Made by a program: the position numbers and the translations under genes. From Bacteroidota bacterium (lineage in GTDB: Bacteria > Bacteroidota > Rhodothermia > JANXDC01): 64,000 bases of DNA. The notes under the pieces were generated by a model that was given only the letters and a program-made list of their open reading frames with translations, was not told the DNA's origin and ran no database searches. The stretch covers positions 821,589-885,588 of the forward strand of contig AP024675.1 in NCBI GenBank assembly GCA_025998875.1. The letters are read 5' to 3'. Shown one piece after another: positions 36,733 through 46,407 of this stretch. Numbering within the stretch: the first letter of the stretch is position 1; each line of letters starts with the position of its first letter.

Positions 36733-38438
36733 CGCTTCATACGGTATCCGCCGTCCTCATGCACAAAGATCCAGGCGGCTACCTTGCCCGGCCGCAGGGC
36801 TTCTTCTGCGTCGGGTTGCCAGTACAGGCTATCGTGCGTCTCGGAACTGTCCAGGCGGGGTCCGATCCGTTGGCTATGCTCCAGTATCTGACGAGCGCGG
36901 CGAACCCAACAGGCCATGTTTTCCGGGCGCAGATCCACCCACCCCTGTTCAGCCCACCGATGCACATGTTCGGGTGTAATGCGCAGGTCTTCATTCCGGG
37001 CAGGGGGCTCGGGGATTTTGAGCTCAGCGCCCCGCCACCACCGTCGGCCGTCGGGGGCCAGAATCGCCAGGCCAATGGAGAGGATGCGCTGTCGAAGTTC
37101 GGGCTGGGTTTTGAGCCGACGCTCCAGGCGGGCAGAGAGCTGATCCGGATCAGAAACCGCCAGGGCACGCAGGGAGCCTACCTCCAGCCGGAGCAGATGC
37201 GCTTCCCAGAGCAACTTCGACAGCCTGGGAGGGCCGAGCATTTCGAAGGCCACCCCTTCCACCCCGTGCTCGCGCTCCAGCGCCTCCAGCATGGCCAGGG
37301 CCCGCGCTCGGAGATTGCCCGCTCGGTAGGTGGGTCCCAGCACGGACCCGTCGAGCGCATCGATGACGTCGTGGCCCGTGTTGCGCCCCTCCAGCTCCCA
37401 GCGCACCACCTGGGCGATCTCCTCCGGGGTGATGAACTCCATCTGCCCTTCCTCGGAGAGGATTTCAAACTCGCTTCGGGCGAAGACGCCGTTCTCCCCG
37501 GCATCGATAAAGGGGGCCTCCAGGTATCTACCCAGACGCACCACCCCTTCCTCGCTGTGCAGCGCCAGCAGCCCCCCGAAGCACAACTCCAGTGGCTGGG
37601 GGCAATCCTGCAGCTCGACGGGCCTTCCTCCCCGGTATACGGGGCCGTAGGCAATGCGCTTCCAGGCCACTGCAGCGGCCGGCTTGATTTCCTTGATGAT
37701 CGTGCGGCCCGGGGTACGGCCGAGCAGATACAAGAGCAGGGTGTGGGCCCCGGCCACGGCGGATTTGGAAAGCAACATACGAGAAGGCCTTCCCTCTGAA
37801 TGTGTGTAGGGCACGTTGAACCCCATGCCCCCGGTTCCGGTGGTGCCAACCTTGAGGTAGACCTCTGTGCCGGCCCGCTCAAGGGCACCGGCCAGGATCT
37901 GCACATGCCGAATCAGCTGGGGGATATACTGTATGGCCAGCACCTGCTCGACCTCCTCGCTCAGGGAATCCGACGGCGCGCCCCGTTCCAGCTCCTCAAG
38001 CAAGCGCTGAGAGGCAGTATAGACGTCCTGATAGGCCACGACCGTGGCCGTGTTGATACAGTCCACCACGAAGTGGGGCCGGTAGCCGGTTAGGATCTGA
38101 TAGAGCCAGTTGGCCGAAAGAATCTCCTCATCCAGCGTATCCCAGATGTCGCGCAGTAGACGCCGCCGCGTCTGAGGATCGGCCAGCAGCTCGCGAAAAG
38201 AGCGATCCTTCCAGCTGGCGCGCACCATCACATTGCCCCAGACGCCCTGGAGCTCGGGGGCGGAGCCGGTTGTGCCCATCTGTTCGGAAAGCTCCTCCAA
38301 CGCCTCCCCCACCTCGCGCTCCGTCAGGGCGGCGACAATGAGACGGCCCACCCCCGCCCGGATAAGCTCTCGACATACGGCACGGCCGACCAGGCCGGCA
38401 CCTCCCAGAACAAGCACAGTTTTTCCTTGCAGGCTCAT
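36729..38438 (-). CDS. hypothetical protein with N-terminal NAD(P)-binding Rossmann domain (CapD/epimerase-like start) and ~400-aa unrecognised C-terminal region
   Basis: GKTVLVLGGAGLVGRAVCRELIRAGVGRLIV is a GxGxxG dinucleotide-binding motif. The rest has no family I can name. Lies immediately downstream of ftsZ, separated from it by a hairpin terminator. Confidence 0.55.
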   Translation of the reverse strand: MSLQGKTVLVLGGAGLVGRAVCRELIRAGVGRLIVAALTEREVGEALEELSEQMGTTGSAPELQGVWGNVMVRASWKDRSFRELLADPQTRRRLLRDIWDTLDEEILSANWLYQILTGYRPHFVVDCINTATVVAYQDVYTASQRLLEELERGAPSDSLSEEVEQVLAIQYIPQLIRHVQILAGALERAGTEVYLKVGTTGTGGMGFNVPYTHSEGRPSRMLLSKSAVAGAHTLLLYLLGRTPGRTIIKEIKPAAAVAWKRIAYGPVYRGGRPVELQDCPQPLELCFGGLLALHSEEGVVRLGRYLEAPFIDAGENGVFARSEFEILSEEGQMEFITPEEIAQVVRWELEGRNTGHDVIDALDGSVLGPTYRAGNLRARALAMLEALEREHGVEGVAFEMLGPPRLSKLLWEAHLLRLEVGSLRALAVSDPDQLSARLERRLKTQPELRQRILSIGLAILAPDGRRWWRGAELKIPEPPARNEDLRITPEHVHRWAEQGWVDLRPENMACWVRRARQILEHSQRIGPRLDSSETHDSLYWQPDAEEALRPGKVAAWIFVHEDGGYRMKR

Positions 38439-38551
38439 GGCAGCAACATTCGAACTGGTTTATGAAGGCTATGTGTACGATACGGATGTGTTCGGGCGAA
38501 CACAGTAACCGATCGTATCATGGATCATGTTACGCGTCTTTAATTCAGAAA

Positions 38552-38585
38552 TGCAAAGCCGGCCACACCAGAACGCGTGGCCGGC
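38552..38585 (-). terminator. putative intrinsic terminator after ftsZ (end of dcw operon)
   Basis: Perfect 9-bp stem GCCGGCCAC / GTGGCCGGC (38558-38566 / 38577-38585) with a 10-nt loop. On the minus strand it is followed by TTTGCATTT, about 60-90 nt 3' of the ftsZ stop. Confidence 0.5.
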
Positions 38586-38643
38586 TCCGTGGAGGGTGAC
38601 CCCGAGGGGCCAGGTATAAAGAAACGACCCCGCACCCAAGAAG

Positions 38644-39867
38644 TCAATCCATAATGCGCCTCCAGAAGCTGGCAACCTGCGAGCCGGAGGAGTCCGAACG
38701 TGAGGACGACGGATCACGACCTGGGATTGGATCCTCACCCCCATTGGAGAAACGCGACCCCGGAGGCCTCTGCGTAGAAGCAGGCGGAGCAGGGGAATCG
38801 GCGGGGTGGGTGGGATTAGAAGAGGGTTTTTTGTTGAAGTACGTGGCGGGTAGCTGGTCCATATAGGAGATGGGCTCAGGGAACCCACAGGCCAACACGG
38901 TCACGCGCAGTTCCTGCGGATCCATATCCGGATCGATGATGATTCCGTGCATAACCTCCTCAACGCTTTCCCCACCCTCCTCGAAAAGAATATCCAGTAT
39001 ATCCCTCAATTCCACGGTCAATGGGGCTCCTCCGCTGGTAATGTTGACCAGTATATGCCGGGCCCCAGCGATGCTTCTTCCGTCCATCATAGGATGATGC
39101 AAGGCCTCTGTAACGGCCCTTGTTGCCCGATCGGCCCCCGAAGCCGAGGCGCTCCCGATGAGCGCCGAACCGCTGTTCCTCAAGACGGTATTCACATCGG
39201 CAAAGTCGAGATTGACGACGCCCGTGACCGTGATCACCTCGGCGATCCCTCTGACAGCGTTGTAGAGCACCTCGTTGGCCAGCTGAAACGCCCGCATGAT
39301 ATCCAGATTCTGCTGCTCTTCGGCCAGGGTCAGGAGTCGCTGGTTTGGGATCACGATCAGCGTGTCCACCTCAGAGCGCAGCTCTTCGAGGCCTGCCAGC
39401 GCCTTGCGCATGCGCCCGGGCCCCTCGTTGTGGAAGGGGATGGTGACCACGGCAACCGTAAGGATATTCAGCTGCCGGGCGATGCGAGCGACCACCGGTG
39501 TGGCCCCCGTGCCGGTACCTCCGCCCATACCGGCGGCCAGAAAGACCATGTCCGCCCCCTGGAGTACGGCGGCGATCTCTTCTTCCGATTCCAGCGCAGC
39601 TTCACGACCCACCTCGGGTCTGGAGCCTGCCCCGAGCCCGCGCGTGTATCGCCGTCCGATCTGCAGCTTCACCGGAGCAAGATTGGCCTCCAGATGCTGC
39701 ACGTCCGTGTTGATAGCGATGAAGTCGACGCCCCTGATCCCCTGCTCGATCATGCTGTTGAGGGCATTGCACCCTCCACCGCCCACACCGACCACCTTGA
39801 TCTTTGCGCCCTCCGGGAAAGGCACATCGATCACAAAGTCCACAACACCATCTCTATCTCTTGCCAT
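38644..39867 (-). CDS. ftsZ: cell division protein FtsZ
   Basis: Tubulin signature GGGTGTG inside AAGMGGGTGTGATPVVARIA. N-terminal GVGGGGCNALN. Pro/Ser-rich C-terminal linker and short terminal peptide. Confidence 0.95.
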   Translation of the reverse strand: MARDRDGVVDFVIDVPFPEGAKIKVVGVGGGGCNALNSMIEQGIRGVDFIAINTDVQHLEANLAPVKLQIGRRYTRGLGAGSRPEVGREAALESEEEIAAVLQGADMVFLAAGMGGGTGTGATPVVARIARQLNILTVAVVTIPFHNEGPGRMRKALAGLEELRSEVDTLIVIPNQRLLTLAEEQQNLDIMRAFQLANEVLYNAVRGIAEVITVTGVVNLDFADVNTVLRNSGSALIGSASASGADRATRAVTEALHHPMMDGRSIAGARHILVNITSGGAPLTVELRDILDILFEEGGESVEEVMHGIIIDPDMDPQELRVTVLACGFPEPISYMDQLPATYFNKKPSSNPTHPADSPAPPASTQRPPGSRFSNGGEDPIPGRDPSSSRSDSSGSQVASFWRRIMD

Positions 39868-39890
39868 GGCGAGGTCCCCGTGCTTGGCCG

Positions 39891-41153
39891 TTACGATTCA
39901 AACAAATTATCCTTGAGCCTCCGAAGCCACTGCCAGACCCTCGTAAATATATCCCCAAAGGAAGCCCCTGTATCTCGAGCCGAACGAATGAACATCCCTT
40001 CTTGAGCAGACAAGTCGAAAGCATACCGAATTAGCCCCACCCCGGTAGCGTATTTCGGGGAACGAATCTCATCCACTATACCGGCGTGTATGCCTACGGG
40101 CAGGCCGAGACGCGCCTCCAGCTCGAGCCTGTCCGAAACCAGTTCGGGAAGGCCGCGCAGAAGGGCGCCACCGCCGGTCAGCACCACACCCGCGGTCAGG
40201 CGCCGCATGTAGCCAGAGCGCTTCAACTCCTCGTAGACGCGGTCCAGGATCTCCTCCATGCTCGCCTGAATGAAGTGGGCCAGGGCACTTTGCTCGATGG
40301 TCCGCGGAGGACGACCACTGATGCCCGGAATGGTGATCTGGGCCACCTCTCGGATCAGGTCGGTTCTGGCACAGCCATAGTGAAGCTTCAGACTCTCGGC
40401 CTGCTCGGGCAGTAGCTGAAGGGCATGGCGGAGGTCATCGGTGACTTTGTTGCCCCCGAAGGGCACTACAGCCATGTAGCGAATCGTATTGTCCTCGAAG
40501 ACAGCCACATCCGTGGTTCCCCCGCCGATATCGATCAACGCCACGCCAGCGCGCTGCTCTTCTGGGTCCAGAACGGCCATCCCGGAGGCGAAGGGCTGCA
40601 GGACGATATCGGCCACTTCATATCCGGCGCGCTCTACACAACGCTGCAGATTGCGTATGGCCGTAACCAGGCCGGTCACCACGAGGAAAACCCCCTCCAG
40701 ACGCAAACCGGCCATCCCCACGGGGTTCTGGACCGCGTAGCGGTTGTCGACGATGAACTCCTGAGGCAGGATATGCAGGATCTGCCGATCCGGAGGGAGG
40801 GCAAGACGCTGGGCCTCCTCGGTGAGCCGGCGCACGTCGTTTTCCCGGATTTCCTCGCTTCGAATCGTGATGATAGCCCGGTTGATCAGGCTCTGAACGT
40901 GCTCCCCGGCGATGCCCACATAAAGGGCCTTTACCTCCACGCCCGCCATGCGCTCGGCCTCCTGGACGGCCTGCTGAATGGCCCGCATGGTGTGCTCGAT
41001 GTTGAGCACCACCCCCCTTGCCACCCCTGTCGAGAGCGCCTGCCCGAGCCCGAGAATTTTGATCTGCCCCCATTCATCGCGTTCTGCGATAACGGCGCAC
41101 ACCTTCGTGGTACCCACGTCCAGCCCGGCTACCAGCGCCCCGCTATTCATCAT
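39891..41153 (-). CDS. ftsA: cell division protein FtsA
   Basis: Actin-fold ATPase motifs (LDVGTTKVCAVI, DIGGGTTDVAVF). Position between ftsQ and ftsZ. Confidence 0.9.
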   Translation of the reverse strand: MMNSGALVAGLDVGTTKVCAVIAERDEWGQIKILGLGQALSTGVARGVVLNIEHTMRAIQQAVQEAERMAGVEVKALYVGIAGEHVQSLINRAIITIRSEEIRENDVRRLTEEAQRLALPPDRQILHILPQEFIVDNRYAVQNPVGMAGLRLEGVFLVVTGLVTAIRNLQRCVERAGYEVADIVLQPFASGMAVLDPEEQRAGVALIDIGGGTTDVAVFEDNTIRYMAVVPFGGNKVTDDLRHALQLLPEQAESLKLHYGCARTDLIREVAQITIPGISGRPPRTIEQSALAHFIQASMEEILDRVYEELKRSGYMRRLTAGVVLTGGGALLRGLPELVSDRLELEARLGLPVGIHAGIVDEIRSPKYATGVGLIRYAFDLSAQEGMFIRSARDTGASFGDIFTRVWQWLRRLKDNLFES

Positions 41154-41878
41154 CCGGATCCCTTGGGATTCTCTTTGGTGATCACCTGACCACGATATCG
41201 GAGGTCCACTTCCTGAACGCCTTGCCCTCTACGGGGCAACAGTACTTGCCGGTAGAATGCCTCAAAGGCCACCCACTGCTCCTCGACCCGAACCGGCTCG
41301 ACTCGCACCGGCACATAGCCAAGCGTGGTGTACAATACGAGCTCCGGACCGGGCCGTATGACGATCTCGGCCACAAGCGCGCTCCGTCGGGGATCTTGCC
41401 TCAACCACCGTAACCAGGGCAGGATCGCCCTCATAGCCGTATCGGTGCGAACCAGACCGATCGTGTATGGAGGCCCGAGGCCTCGTACCCACAGCACACC
41501 GGCCAGCGGGCGCTCCGGCTCCGGCAACAGACGCCCCTCTTCGTCCAGAAACCGGTCGGGTCGTTCGCTGAGGCGAGCTACCGGCATACGTTCCTCGACC
41601 GAAACGACCCACGTATCCGGTAGACGCGACCGAATACGTACGGCGCGAATATAGGGATGACGAGCCAGTCGACGCTCCCAGACTGTCCAATCCACCCCGT
41701 AAAGCGGAGACCCCAGCTCAGACAACAGGGGACGAATCAGCGTGGAATCGGCCACCAGGCGATTCCCCTTGACCACCAGTCGGCTGGCGATCAGCCGCTC
41801 CCGCCACTGCCACAGCCCCACCCCCAGACCGATGAGGAGCAGGCAGAAGAAAAGCACCCGTATTTCGCGGGAACTCAT
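41150..41878 (-). CDS. ftsQ: cell division protein FtsQ/DivIB
   Basis: N-terminal TM helix, POTRA-like region. Position between murB and ftsA with 4-nt overlaps. Confidence 0.7.
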   Translation of the reverse strand: MSSREIRVLFFCLLLIGLGVGLWQWRERLIASRLVVKGNRLVADSTLIRPLLSELGSPLYGVDWTVWERRLARHPYIRAVRIRSRLPDTWVVSVEERMPVARLSERPDRFLDEEGRLLPEPERPLAGVLWVRGLGPPYTIGLVRTDTAMRAILPWLRWLRQDPRRSALVAEIVIRPGPELVLYTTLGYVPVRVEPVRVEEQWVAFEAFYRQVLLPRRGQGVQEVDLRYRGQVITKENPKGSG

Positions 41879-42774
41879 CCGAACCCCTCTCCGACCAGCT
41901 CAATTTCCAACTCCAGTTCCACCCCGAATCGGTCACGTACGGTCTGCCGAACATGCTCAATCAAGCGCCACATATCGCGAGCGGTAGCCGAACCCGTATT
42001 GACGAGGAAATTGGCATGGCGTGGGGAAACCATGGCCCCGCCGATGGAAAACCCCTTCAGCCCGGCGGCCTCGATCAAGCGGCCCGCATAGTCGCCCGGG
42101 GGATTCTTGAAAATGCTTCCCGCGTTGGGCATATCCAGAGGCTGGGTTCTATTGCGGCGATCGAGCAGCTCGCGCCTGCGTCGAAGCGCCTCCTTCGGGT
42201 CTACGGAGGGCAACTGGAGCACAGCCTCCAGCACCACGCTGCCCTTCAGATCCGTGTACCGGTATCCATACTGAATCTCTTCACGCCGCCTTACCTGGTG
42301 ACATCCTCCCTGGACCAGCTCCACCTCGCAGAGGTACTCAAAGAGCTCTACCCCGTAAGCGCCGGCGTTCATGATCACCGCCCCCCCCACGGAGCCCGGC
42401 ACCCCTCCGAGCCCCTCTATGCCCCCCAGCCCACGCCGCAGACACTCCAGCACCAGCCTGGGCAGGGCATATCCGGCGCCGACCGTTACCCGATTGCCCT
42501 CGATGCGCAGATACTCGAGCGTATGGCCCAGGGCCACGACCACGCCCCGGATCCCCTCATCGCCCACAAGGATATTGGTACCGCGGCCCAGGATGAAATA
42601 GGCTATTTCCCGCTCCTGGAGCCATGTCATGATCCGGATGACGTCCTCCTTATCGGCCGGAACGATGAACACATCCGCCGGCCCTCCGATGCGCAGGGAA
42701 GTGTGCCGGCTCATGGGCTCTCGAAGCCGGATTTCGCCACGCAACAACCGTCGGAGCCTGTCCAGTTCGATCAT
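41875..42774 (-). CDS. murB: UDP-N-acetylenolpyruvoylglucosamine reductase
   Basis: FAD-binding block (ILGRGTNILV; GGIEGLGGVPGSVGGAVIMNAGAYG) and the C-terminal MurB domain. Start taken at MIELDRL (42774). Confidence 0.85.
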   Translation of the reverse strand: MIELDRLRRLLRGEIRLREPMSRHTSLRIGGPADVFIVPADKEDVIRIMTWLQEREIAYFILGRGTNILVGDEGIRGVVVALGHTLEYLRIEGNRVTVGAGYALPRLVLECLRRGLGGIEGLGGVPGSVGGAVIMNAGAYGVELFEYLCEVELVQGGCHQVRRREEIQYGYRYTDLKGSVVLEAVLQLPSVDPKEALRRRRELLDRRNRTQPLDMPNAGSIFKNPPGDYAGRLIEAAGLKGFSIGGAMVSPRHANFLVNTGSATARDMWRLIEHVRQTVRDRFGVELELEIELVGEGFG

Positions 42775-44186
42775 CCCTGCCTCGCACCCCAGCGCGTCCA
42801 GGCTTCCTGAACGATACGGTATACGTCCCCCGCCCCCATGCTGAGCAGCATATCCCCCGGCAAAAGCCATCGGGCCAGGTGCTCCTCTAGCTCCGCTCGA
42901 TCCGCCACGTAATGGACGTGGCGATGGCCGAAGCGGCGCGCCGCATCGACGATGAGGGTACTGCTAACGCCCGGGATTGGCTGCTCCCGAGCCGGATAGA
43001 TATCGAGGACCAGCAACACATCCGCGTTCAGAAACGCGCGGGCGAAATCCAGGAACAGATCCCGCGTACGGCTGTAGAGGTGAGGCTGAAAGACCACGAC
43101 CAGGCGCCGATCCGGCCATCCGCTGCGCGCCGCCTCGAGCGTGGCCTGTACTTCAGTCGGATGGTGGGCGTAGTCGTCTACCCATATCACCCCGCCGTGC
43201 TCTCCCCGTAACTGAAAGCGCCGCTCCACCCCGGTGAAGGACGCCAGCGCCTCCACAATGGTCGGAAAATCGATCTCCAGTTCTAAACCCACCGCTATCG
43301 CCGCCAGGGCGTTTTGGACGTTGTGCCGACCCGGAACCGAGAGCCTGACCCGTCCCAGCGCCCGCTCGCCGTGCAGGACGGTAAATGCGCTGTAGAAGCG
43401 GTCCAGCTCCACCCCAACGGCCCGGAAATCGGCCTGGGGAGAAAAGCCGTATGTGACCACCCGCCGCTCCAGGCGGGGCAGAAGGCGGGGCAGATTGGCA
43501 TCATCCAGACACAGAATGACAGACCCATAAAAGGGCACCTTGCTGGCAAAAGTCAGAAAAGCTTCTTCGAGTTCTTCCAGGGAGCTGTAGATGTCCGTAT
43601 GCTCCAGATCCAGCGTGGTCAGCACCGCCCAGGTAGGGCTCAGCTGCAGGAATGTGCGATCGTATTCATCGGCTTCTACGACGATCAGATCGCCGGACCC
43701 CGGCACGGCGTTGGTCCCGAAGACCCCCACGCGCCCCCCCACGATGATCGTGGGATCGTAGCCTCCCCGGGCCACCACGAGCCCCACCATGGAGGTGGTG
43801 GTCGTCTTCCCATGGGTGCCGGCTATCCCGATCCCATATTTGAGCCGCATGAGCTCGGCCAGCATCTCCGCCCGGCGAATGGTGGGGATTCGCAGCCGAC
43901 GGGCTTCCCGGGTCTCTGGGTTCTCCTCCGGGCGCACAGCCGAGGAGTAGACGACCACATCGGCCCCATGCACGTGTTCGGGGGCATGCCCCTCGTAAAT
44001 GCGCGCCCCCAGTCGCTGGAGGTGTTCTGTGAGTTCGCTTCTTTTCAGATCCGAGCCAGAGACCACAAACCCCAGACGGAGCAAGATCTCGGCGATGCCG
44101 CTCATGCCGATCCCCCCGATCCCGACCATGTGTACATGCCGGGTTCGGCCCAACAGACGGGAGCGACGCAAGGGTGAGCCCGTCAT
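42771..44186 (-). CDS. murC: UDP-N-acetylmuramate--L-alanine ligase
   Basis: HMVGIGGIGMSGIAEIL and GIAGTHGKTTTTSM Mur-ligase motifs. Collinear with MurC. Confidence 0.9.
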   Translation of the reverse strand: MTGSPLRRSRLLGRTRHVHMVGIGGIGMSGIAEILLRLGFVVSGSDLKRSELTEHLQRLGARIYEGHAPEHVHGADVVVYSSAVRPEENPETREARRLRIPTIRRAEMLAELMRLKYGIGIAGTHGKTTTTSMVGLVVARGGYDPTIIVGGRVGVFGTNAVPGSGDLIVVEADEYDRTFLQLSPTWAVLTTLDLEHTDIYSSLEELEEAFLTFASKVPFYGSVILCLDDANLPRLLPRLERRVVTYGFSPQADFRAVGVELDRFYSAFTVLHGERALGRVRLSVPGRHNVQNALAAIAVGLELEIDFPTIVEALASFTGVERRFQLRGEHGGVIWVDDYAHHPTEVQATLEAARSGWPDRRLVVVFQPHLYSRTRDLFLDFARAFLNADVLLVLDIYPAREQPIPGVSSTLIVDAARRFGHRHVHYVADRAELEEHLARWLLPGDMLLSMGAGDVYRIVQEAWTRWGARQG

Positions 44187-45286
44187 ACGCCGTTTCGCTC
44201 CTCTAGAAGCTCCCGAACCAGCTCTGCGATCTGCTCGGCGGCTCTGGGCCGAGCCAGCTCCAGGGCGCGCGTGGCCATGCGCTGACGCGTATCGGTGTCT
44301 TCAGCCAGCGCCCGCAGCACGGGGCCGAGCCCTGCCTCGGCCTTCGCGTCTTCCAGTACAACGGCCGCCCCAGCGCGAAGAAAGACCTCCGCGTTGCGCC
44401 GCTGATGGTCGGCCACCACATGGGGGGAGGGCACCAGAACGGCGGGCAACCCCGCACAGGCCAGCTCGCTGAGCGTGAGCGCGCCGGCTCGGCAGACCAC
44501 CACATCGGCCGCCCCGTATGCCTCGGCCATGGCCTCCAGAAACGGACTCATATACAGCCGCGCATGGGGTCCTATCTGCCCTTGAAGCTGCCCGTAAGCG
44601 GCCGGACCCGTCTGCCAGAGCACCTGCCATCCGGCCTCCAAGTACGCATACACCCAGCGCTGCATGGCCCGGTTGATGGTTTCCGCCCCCAGACTGCCCC
44701 CCATGGCCAGCACCGTGAACCGATCCGGATCAAACCCCCATCTGCCGGCGGCCTGCGTACGGGGAATCGTTCCGATATCGGCCCGCACGGGGTTTCCCGT
44801 TACCCGAACCCGATCCCGAGGGAAAAACGGCGCTGCGGCCTCGAAGCCCACACATACCCATCGGGCCCAGCGGGCGAAATATCGGTTGGCCAGACCCGGA
44901 TAGCTGTTCTGCTCCTGCAATATGTAGGGAATGCGACACAGCACGGCCGCCGTCAGCACGGGAACGGCCACGTACCCTCCGGTGGCCACCACGACGCAGG
45001 GCCGAAAACGCCGCACCAGCCTCAGAGCACCCCGCAGCGCTCGGCTCAGAACGAAGGGCAACGCCGCGTTGCGCCACCACCGCCGGCGATCCAGACCCCG
45101 AGTGGGAATCGGATAAAACGGATATCCGGCCCGGGGTACCACTTTCGCCTCCAGACGCTCGGCCGTACCCGCAAAAGCGAGTTCGACTTGGGGACACAGC
45201 TGACGCAAGGCGTCGGCTATCGCCACGGCGGGATAGACATGTCCTCCCGTACCACCACCTGTCAGGAGCACGCGCGGGCTCTTCAT
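44183..45286 (-). CDS. murG: UDP-N-acetylglucosamine--N-acetylmuramyl-(pentapeptide) pyrophosphoryl-undecaprenol N-acetylglucosamine transferase
   Basis: LLTGGGTGGHVYPAVAIA GT28 N-terminal motif. C-terminal UDP-GlcNAc binding domain. Confidence 0.9.
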   Translation of the reverse strand: MKSPRVLLTGGGTGGHVYPAVAIADALRQLCPQVELAFAGTAERLEAKVVPRAGYPFYPIPTRGLDRRRWWRNAALPFVLSRALRGALRLVRRFRPCVVVATGGYVAVPVLTAAVLCRIPYILQEQNSYPGLANRYFARWARWVCVGFEAAAPFFPRDRVRVTGNPVRADIGTIPRTQAAGRWGFDPDRFTVLAMGGSLGAETINRAMQRWVYAYLEAGWQVLWQTGPAAYGQLQGQIGPHARLYMSPFLEAMAEAYGAADVVVCRAGALTLSELACAGLPAVLVPSPHVVADHQRRNAEVFLRAGAAVVLEDAKAEAGLGPVLRALAEDTDTRQRMATRALELARPRAAEQIAELVRELLEERNGV

Positions 45287-46407
45287 CCTCGCCTCCGGGC
45301 CTGACGGGAAACATTGAGCACAATACCCGACTGGGCGCAGCTGACCACGAGAGCCGTCCCCCCATGGCTGACAAAGGGCAGTGTCTGGCCGGTCACGGGA
45401 GCCAGGGCCAGGGTAATGAAGGCATGGGTGAGGGCCTGCAGGACGAGATTACCCACCAGGCCGGCAGCCAGAAAAAGACCGAGCGTATCCGGGGCTCGGG
45501 GCGCTATGAAGAAAATCCCCCGGACAAAGAGCATGAGAAACAGGCCCATCACCCCCGCCGCCCCCACCAGGCCGTATTCTTCGGCAAGTATGGCGAATAC
45601 GAAATCGTTATACGGCAAGGGCAGGAAATCCCGCTGCAGGCTTTTGCCCATGCCCACCCCCAGAATCCCCCCGTTTGCAACGGCGATCAGGGATTGCACG
45701 ACCTGATAATCCTCCCCCAGCACATCGAGCTTTTCTCCCCTCAACAGGGCATAAAAACGTTCCAGACGTTCCCATCGATACGGCCCCTGCCAGAGCGCAA
45801 ACCCGACCAGCGCGGCACCCAGAACCCCCAGCAGGACCAGCTGGCGAAAGGGAATACGCGCCAGGATGAGCAACAGGAAGGAGGAAAGGATCAGCAACAG
45901 CGCCGCGCTTAAACTGCTCAGACCGAGCAGGAAAGCGCCCAGCCCGATCCAGAACAGCGCCGGCAACAGCGCCCGATCCATTTCCCGGATATAGCGCTGC
46001 TTGCGTTCCAGAAGTGTGGCCAGAAAGACGAGCAGAGCCACCCGGGCTATCTCCGAAGGCTGAAACGTCAACCCGGCCACCTCCAGCCACCGCGCCGAGG
46101 CGCTCAGCGAACCCTTCAACAACAGCACACCCCCGACCAGAACCAGAGACAGCGGAGCGGCCAGCCGGCTCCAGCGCGCCACCAGGTGATAATCCAGCCG
46201 GCTGAAAAGTGCCAGCACAACAAGACCGATGGCCACATGCGCCAGACGCCGGACAAAAATACCCCCCAGCGTTCCTCCGGACCCCGGACCCAAGGTCGAG
46301 CCCATGGCCGAAAGCGCCACCCAGGTGCCCAACAACACCAGGGCAAGGACCGTCCAGAGAAAAACGCGGTCCACGGGAGTGGCAAGCTCGGTGGCCGTGT
46401 GCTTCAT
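45283..46407 (-). CDS. ftsW: peptidoglycan glycosyltransferase / lipid II flippase FtsW (SEDS family)
   Basis: Ten-TM SEDS-like protein with conserved DFVFAILAEEYGLVGA block. Start at MKHTATE (ATGA overlap with the murD stop). Confidence 0.85.
   Translation of the reverse strand: MKHTATELATPVDRVFLWTVLALVLLGTWVALSAMGSTLGPGSGGTLGGIFVRRLAHVAIGLVVLALFSRLDYHLVARWSRLAAPLSLVLVGGVLLLKGSLSASARWLEVAGLTFQPSEIARVALLVFLATLLERKQRYIREMDRALLPALFWIGLGAFLLGLSSLSAALLLILSSFLLLILARIPFRQLVLLGVLGAALVGFALWQGPYRWERLERFYALLRGEKLDVLGEDYQVVQSLIAVANGGILGVGMGKSLQRDFLPLPYNDFVFAILAEEYGLVGAAGVMGLFLMLFVRGIFFIAPRAPDTLGLFLAAGLVGNLVLQALTHAFITLALAPVTGQTLPFVSHGGTALVVSCAQSGIVLNVSRQARRRG

Noticed and set aside
36606-37799. 397-aa plus-strand ORF opposite the 569-aa Rossmann-domain gene
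   Set aside because: No motifs and low-complexity Gly/Pro/Arg-rich translation typical of GC-rich antisense frames. The minus-strand frame has a GxGxxG fold and sensible start/stop context.
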